Source: a virus. From it: 29,296 bases of DNA. The DNA is taken from UHGV virus genome UHGV-0080837; one strand, given 5' to 3'. Below the pieces are notes generated by a model. It had not been told where the DNA came from and made no database searches. It saw only the letters and a program-made list of their open reading frames with translations. Every line of letters begins with the position of its first letter. Position 1 is the first letter of the stretch. Below, in pieces: positions 24,629-29,296 of the stretch. Made by a program: the position numbers and the translations under genes.

Positions 24629-25392
24629 CTTCAAATAAAACCCTCCTGGCGCGAACAGGTGAATGGCAAACCTCACGCACAGGAAAATTCCAGACCACGG
24701 GCTTTGAAAACGTGGATAACGCGTTTGCGACGCTAATCAGCAACATTTTTTCTGATATCTTACTTGTGGCCCCCGCGCCGGAAGAAAAACGCTTTGCGTC
24801 ATTCCTGAATCGTCCACCAGCAGAGCGTGTCTATGTGGCCCGTTTCGACAATGCGATCGAGTTTCTTAAAGCAGTACGTCGCGCAAATGCCGGGCAAGGG
24901 AGAAAACCTGAAAACCAGAACATTAACCGGGATGCTCTCCCCCTGGTCAATATCTCACGCACTATGGATATCAATTATATCAACGATGATCAGCAGATTG
25001 ACCGCAAAAAAGTAGCCAGTTTTTGCGAACCGGATACCGGAATGCCTTTAGCAGAACTGGAATACACCCAGGCCATTCTGACGTATGACGTTACGTTAAT
25101 GGCAACTGATAAAGCGACCATGAGTCTGATGTGTAATTCGCTGGGCGCACGGCTTCGCCTGATGACAGGTACACAATTTGAAGCAACCACTCACCTTGTT
25201 CGTGTCCCGGTCCCGCTGATTTGCTCGATACAGGATGCCAAAGAAGTCGGCTTTACGGATGTTTCAGCACCAATTGGAGAAGAGCGTATTTATGCCACAC
25301 AAGCGCCGATAAGTGTGATTGCAGACGTGATCACAGCATGGGAGTTGGACGCAAAACGTATTATTACCGAAACCTCGATATCTATGGGGTGA
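24625..25392 (+). CDS. hypothetical protein (tail/baseplate operon member)
   Basis: 255-aa ORF, ATGA-coupled to the upstream gene. Confidence 0.4.
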   Translation: MTSNKTLLARTGEWQTSRTGKFQTTGFENVDNAFATLISNIFSDILLVAPAPEEKRFASFLNRPPAERVYVARFDNAIEFLKAVRRANAGQGRKPENQNINRDALPLVNISRTMDINYINDDQQIDRKKVASFCEPDTGMPLAELEYTQAILTYDVTLMATDKATMSLMCNSLGARLRLMTGTQFEATTHLVRVPVPLICSIQDAKEVGFTDVSAPIGEERIYATQAPISVIADVITAWELDAKRIITETSISMG

Positions 25393-25395
25393 TAA

Positions 25396-26376
25396 GTGGC
25401 CCAGGAGTTACAACAATATTTTCTACAGTCAGTGCTCATTAACGATAACAAAGTGCCACGAGACTGGATTTTTACCGCAGTATATGTAGAAAAAACCAGC
25501 CTCAAAGCCCCTTTGCTAAAACTGGAAATTCATGACGCTACCGGCACCGTAATTGATGACTGGAAAGCAAAATACGGTGCATCGCTGGTGGCTGAAATGG
25601 GCGATCCAAACGGTAATGCAGGCACTTTTAAAACAGATTTCTTTGTTACGTCTGCAATGCTGGCTGGTGATGTTGTTACCGTTATTGCTGTCAGTGAAGA
25701 CGTGCGCAGGTTTAAGATCCCCTCCCCGCGCACAAATTTACATACCAACAAAACACCAGACGCTATATTCAAGGCATATTCCGGCAAGCTTAAAATTACC
25801 AGCAGCGTGCTAAAACGCGCAGTTACATATCATCTGAATGCCGGTGACAAACCGTCAAAAATGCTCTCGCAGATAGCGCGAGACAAAGGTGCATTATGTT
25901 GGGTATGCCGTGGGGAATTTAACTTTTACACCCTGGCTGATCTGATGAAGCAAACGCCATCATTTACCTACGAGGGGAATAACCCTAAAGCAGAATACAC
26001 TTTGTCCAAAATGCGCCTACTCCAACAGGAACATGCGACAACAGCAAAGAATCAATATCGTTTTGTTGGGTATTCCATGACCGATGGCTACGTCGAATAT
26101 GGCGATAGCTCACTCCCAGTGCGTTATATATCCGACTCTGATATGGAAACTCTTCGCAATATGCAGCTGTCTCTCGTCCCCAAAATGGATATAGAAGTCG
26201 CAGGCAATCCGGATATAAAACCGGGAATGGTAATAGAGATTATCGTATACCGCTATGACCAGGAAAACCGCATTGATGAATCAATGCCCCGCAAGCTGAT
26301 AGTAAAAAATGTTGCGCACTTTGAAGACCGCGTAGGCTACACAACACGAATGATATTAGGAGTGCCGAACAAATGA
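25396..26376 (+). CDS. putative baseplate hub-type protein (gpD/gp44-like)
   Basis: 326 aa. Assignment rests on position directly upstream of, and overlapping, the spike-like gene; sequence resemblance is weak. Confidence 0.35.
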   Translation: MAQELQQYFLQSVLINDNKVPRDWIFTAVYVEKTSLKAPLLKLEIHDATGTVIDDWKAKYGASLVAEMGDPNGNAGTFKTDFFVTSAMLAGDVVTVIAVSEDVRRFKIPSPRTNLHTNKTPDAIFKAYSGKLKITSSVLKRAVTYHLNAGDKPSKMLSQIARDKGALCWVCRGEFNFYTLADLMKQTPSFTYEGNNPKAEYTLSKMRLLQQEHATTAKNQYRFVGYSMTDGYVEYGDSSLPVRYISDSDMETLRNMQLSLVPKMDIEVAGNPDIKPGMVIEIIVYRYDQENRIDESMPRKLIVKNVAHFEDRVGYTTRMILGVPNK

Positions 26377-27026
26377 AGCGTAGAGCGCAAATTGTTGGAA
26401 CTGTGCACCCGGCAGGGCTTATGCGTGCTCAGGTCCGTGTTTTACCAGACTGGAATGGCGTTCCTGATGACGATCTACCCTGGGCAGAATACCTGTTACC
26501 CATAGGTAACGCGTTTGTACCTACAGTAAAAGGCGACCTGGTATGGGTAGAGTTTCCTTATCTGGATGTTAATGGTCGAATTGATACCAGACGCCCAATG
26601 ATAGTTGGCGCAGCTCAGGATGCGCCTGGCGGAGTACCAAACGTCGCGCCGGAGGCGTCAGGCAATGGTAGCGGCTGGACGCCACCAGAAGTAGACGGAG
26701 CGCCTCCCCGCCCGCAATTTTCGGCGACAAAAGATTTCGTGATTCACCGCAACAATGTGCTCGAAGTGCGAACGGCTGGCGGTGGATATGAAATAGCGAA
26801 TACGGCAGCAGGCTCAAGGATTGGAATGAATGAATCAGGGCAGATATACATCATTGGTCCGGCTGATGTAGTAGTGAATGCGGGAGGGAGTGTTAACGTC
26901 AAATCAGCCGATAACATCAGCGTTAATGGCAAAAACATTACTGTGACAGCCGACGAAAATATTGATTTCAAGGCTGGAGGCACCTTCCAGGCTATCGCAA
27001 GCAACTTTGATTTCAAGAAGGGATAG
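26373..27026 (+). CDS. putative baseplate spike protein (gpV/gp45-like)
   Basis: N-terminus MKRRAQIVGTVHPAGLMRAQVRVLPDW ... LPWAEYLLP ... GDLVWVEF fits the OB-fold start of P2 gpV / Mu gp45-type spikes; Gly-rich repetitive C-terminus. Confidence 0.45.
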   Translation: MKRRAQIVGTVHPAGLMRAQVRVLPDWNGVPDDDLPWAEYLLPIGNAFVPTVKGDLVWVEFPYLDVNGRIDTRRPMIVGAAQDAPGGVPNVAPEASGNGSGWTPPEVDGAPPRPQFSATKDFVIHRNNVLEVRTAGGGYEIANTAAGSRIGMNESGQIYIIGPADVVVNAGGSVNVKSADNISVNGKNITVTADENIDFKAGGTFQAIASNFDFKKG

Positions 27027-27035
27027 AAAACACAT

Positions 27036-27079
27036 CCAATTGTGTTAGATAATTGAATAGAATTTTCTAACACAATTGG
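27036..27079. promoter_or_regulatory. perfect 14-bp inverted repeat operator overlapping the rdgC promoter
   Basis: CCAATTGTGTTAGA (27036-27049) and TCTAACACAATTGG (27066-27079) flank a 16-bp spacer containing TTGAAT; ends 6 nt before the rdgC ATG. Confidence 0.55.
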
Positions 27080-27085
27080 TGAAAC

Positions 27086-27991
27086 ATGAGATCAGTCGCT
27101 TTCAAAAACATCTTCATCTATCGTCTTTCACGTGAAGTTAACTGGAGTGCCGCAGAAGTATCCGATGCTCTTAGCAAATTCGTGTTTACTCCTTGCGGTT
27201 CTCAGGACACAGCTAAAGTCGGTTGGACACCTGTTCTTGGTGACAACCTCACCCATGAATACCAGGGTTTTCTGCTAATACAGCATAAGCGAGAAGAAAA
27301 AATTCTCCCCTCGCAGGTGCTCAAGGAAGAGTTGCAGAAAAAAGTCCTGAAACTCGAAGAAGAGCAAGCCCGCAAGCTGAAGAAAACGGAAAGAGACAGT
27401 CTTAAAGATGAAGTCCTGCATTCACTTTTGCCTCGCGCGTTCACGAGAAAATCACTCGCCAAAATCCTGATCGACCGCAGCAACCATCTGGTATTCGTTG
27501 AGGCAAGCAGCGCCAAAAAGGCAGAGGACCAGCTGGCTTTATTGCGAAAGTCGCTCGGCAGCCTGCCTGTCATTCCATTCACACCACGCGAACCGCTGGA
27601 AATTACAATGACCGAGTGGTTTAAAAGCGGCTTCCCTGCCGGATTTACAGCAGGTGAAGACGCCACATTAAAGGGTCTGCTCGATAATGGTGGTGCCGTT
27701 CGCTGCAACAAAGTTGATCTACAGTCCGACGAGATTATGTCTCACATTGAGGCGGGGAAAGTAGCTACGACCGTTGCAATTAACTGGATGGACCGTGCGT
27801 CGTTCAGAGTCAACGATGATATGAGTATCAAAGCCCTGACATTCTGTGATGATCTCTATGACCAGAACGACGATATCGACCGGGAGGATGTAGCACAACG
27901 ATTTGATGCTGATTTCGTGCTCTTTACGGGCGAATTATCTGCACTGTTTAACGCGCTGGTGGAGGCCATTGGCGGTGAAGCAGAACGATAA
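27086..27991 (+). CDS. rdgC: recombination-associated protein RdgC homolog
   Basis: 301-aa ORF near-colinear with E. coli RdgC from memory: [93 protein letters not shown]. Confidence 0.9.
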   Translation: MRSVAFKNIFIYRLSREVNWSAAEVSDALSKFVFTPCGSQDTAKVGWTPVLGDNLTHEYQGFLLIQHKREEKILPSQVLKEELQKKVLKLEEEQARKLKKTERDSLKDEVLHSLLPRAFTRKSLAKILIDRSNHLVFVEASSAKKAEDQLALLRKSLGSLPVIPFTPREPLEITMTEWFKSGFPAGFTAGEDATLKGLLDNGGAVRCNKVDLQSDEIMSHIEAGKVATTVAINWMDRASFRVNDDMSIKALTFCDDLYDQNDDIDREDVAQRFDADFVLFTGELSALFNALVEAIGGEAER

Positions 27992-28007
27992 TAACCGACC
28001 GCTTGTT

Positions 28008-28655
28008 GTGAGTCTTTGTGATTTTACGGGGGCAATGGTTGCCCCCTGGCTGGAATACGGTGTCGATGCCGCTATCGTCGATCCACAGCACTTATCGACC
28101 AGTGACGAGCGGATGCAATCAGGTGCCGTTCTGACGCGTATTAGTGCGATCATCGATAGCGATGAAGTATACGCTTTTCTCCGTAAGAATTTGCAGCGCA
28201 TCGTGTTTCTGGCCGGGTTCCCACCGTGTACTGACCTGGCTGTTTCCGGCGCGCGCTGGTTTTCGGACAAGGCTAATAAAGATCCGGTTTTCCAGTTCAA
28301 AGCAATGCAGGTTGTCTGGCAGTGTTATGACATTGCAAAGATGATCGGTTGTCCGTACATGATTGAAAATCCGGTCAGCAAAATATCGACATTCTGGCGT
28401 AAGCCAGATCACATCTTTCACCCTTACTTCTTCACTGCATATTGTCAGGAAGATAACTACACCAAAAAAACATGCCTCTGGAGCGGCCAGGGCTTTGTCA
28501 TGCCTGATGCCCTAATGGACGAATCATTAGGCAAGCCAGATAACAGAATCCATGCCGCGCCACCAGGGCCTGACAGGGCTAATTTCCGAAGTGCTACTCC
28601 ACATGGATTCGCAAAGGCAGTTTTCGAAGCGAATAAGGGGGTGCTCTATGAGTAA
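28008..28655 (+). CDS. compact C5-cytosine-methyltransferase-like protein
   Basis: Motif I-like SLCDFTGAM, PC motif FLAGFPPCTDLAVSG, ENV-like MIENPV, but only about 215 aa with no room for a normal target-recognition domain. Start uncertain (GTG at 28008 or ATG at 28035); the track ORF begins inside rdgC. Confidence 0.5.
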   Translation: MSLCDFTGAMVAPWLEYGVDAAIVDPQHLSTSDERMQSGAVLTRISAIIDSDEVYAFLRKNLQRIVFLAGFPPCTDLAVSGARWFSDKANKDPVFQFKAMQVVWQCYDIAKMIGCPYMIENPVSKISTFWRKPDHIFHPYFFTAYCQEDNYTKKTCLWSGQGFVMPDALMDESLGKPDNRIHAAPPGPDRANFRSATPHGFAKAVFEANKGVLYE

Positions 28656-29296
28656 ATCTATAGCAAGCATAGCCATAGAAAAACAGGATACGATGGCTGA
28701 AATTAGCTATATGCGCACCATTCGGACTCCGGATGAATATGAGCGTCCGATATTCAAATGGGTAGGTGGTAAATTCTCAGAATTGCCTACAGTGCTTGAG
28801 CATCTACCACACGGTAAGCGGTTAATAGAACCATTCGTTGGTGGCGGTTCCGTATTTACGAATGCAGGATTTCGCCACAACCTGCTTAATGATATTAACG
28901 GTGACCTGATTAACTTCTATCAGACATTGCAGCGAGAAGGACATTCGCTCGTCACGCTGTCATATAGTTTTTTCAAAAATTACAACAACGCTGACGCTTA
29001 CCTCGAAGTGCGTGAGGCATTTAACAGAGGAAAATATGACCAGCTACATCATGCTGCCGCATTTTTGTACCTTAATCGTCACTGTTTTAATGGCGTAACG
29101 CGGTACAACCAAAATGGCGAGTTCAACGTGGGGTATGGCAAATACAAAGCGCCCTACTTCCCACATGCAGAGATGGAGGCATTTTTGGCTGATGACGTAC
29201 TCAAAAACACTTCCTTTGTATCAGGAGACTTTGCTAGCGTCATCGAGGCGGCTGGTGAAGACGATGTGATTTTTTGTGATCCGCCGTATGAACCGC
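28648..29296 (+). CDS. dam: Dam-family N6-adenine DNA methyltransferase, 3' end truncated by the window
   Basis: Hand-translated from the ATG at 28648: PIFKWVGGKFS, EPFVGGGSVF, FLYLNRHCFNG, GEFNV, and DPPY at the window edge. Overlaps the upstream stop; not in the ORF track because no stop is reached. Confidence 0.8.
   Translation, partial: MSKSIASIAIEKQDTMAEISYMRTIRTPDEYERPIFKWVGGKFSELPTVLEHLPHGKRLIEPFVGGGSVFTNAGFRHNLLNDINGDLINFYQTLQREGHSLVTLSYSFFKNYNNADAYLEVREAFNRGKYDQLHHAAAFLYLNRHCFNGVTRYNQNGEFNVGYGKYKAPYFPHAEMEAFLADDVLKNTSFVSGDFASVIEAAGEDDVIFCDPPYEP

Noticed and set aside
27202-27711. 169-aa minus-strand ORF inside rdgC
   Set aside because: Antisense shadow of a gene with near-colinear similarity to E. 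coli RdgC.
1-29296. CRISPR arrays, tRNA or rRNA genes, IS elements or terminal inverted repeats
   Set aside because: No regularly spaced direct repeats, no cloverleaf-compatible segments recognised by eye, and no transposase-like ORF. A tRNAscan or covariance-model run would be needed to exclude tRNAs rigorously.

Overview
This 29.3-kb window reads as a mosaic temperate-phage segment, most likely a P1-like phage-plasmid from an enterobacterium. All product calls come from reading the supplied translations by eye; no search or alignment tool was run. Backbone signatures are a Cre-family tyrosine recombinase at the left edge, a Ref-like HNH nuclease, a P1 immI-like module (c4-like antisense RNA with duplicated target sites, an icd-like ORF translationally coupled to a Rha/Ant-type antirepressor), a LexA-box-controlled UmuD'-like gene, baseplate-type genes, rdgC, and two DNA methyltransferase genes (the window ends inside a Dam-like gene). 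Between the cre-proximal genes and ref lies a roughly 10-kb leftward operon of lambdoid-type accessory genes: three Ea22-like paralogs, a lambda-type Ser/Thr phosphatase, DUF968, DUF551, DUF4406, many small ORFs and envelope-targeted proteins. A recurrent TGTTAGA / TCTAACA motif, three times as a dyad, marks five intergenic promoter regions and is proposed as the operator set of a C1-type repressor encoded outside the window. The most unusual content, and the best candidates for an undescribed system, are: an AT-rich single-gene moron for a two-TM coiled-coil protein beside a higBA pair; two DUF2829 (Tad2-like) domains, one apparently fused to the antirepressor; and a compact C5-methyltransferase-like ORF. 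No rRNA, tRNA, CRISPR array or IS element was recognised.
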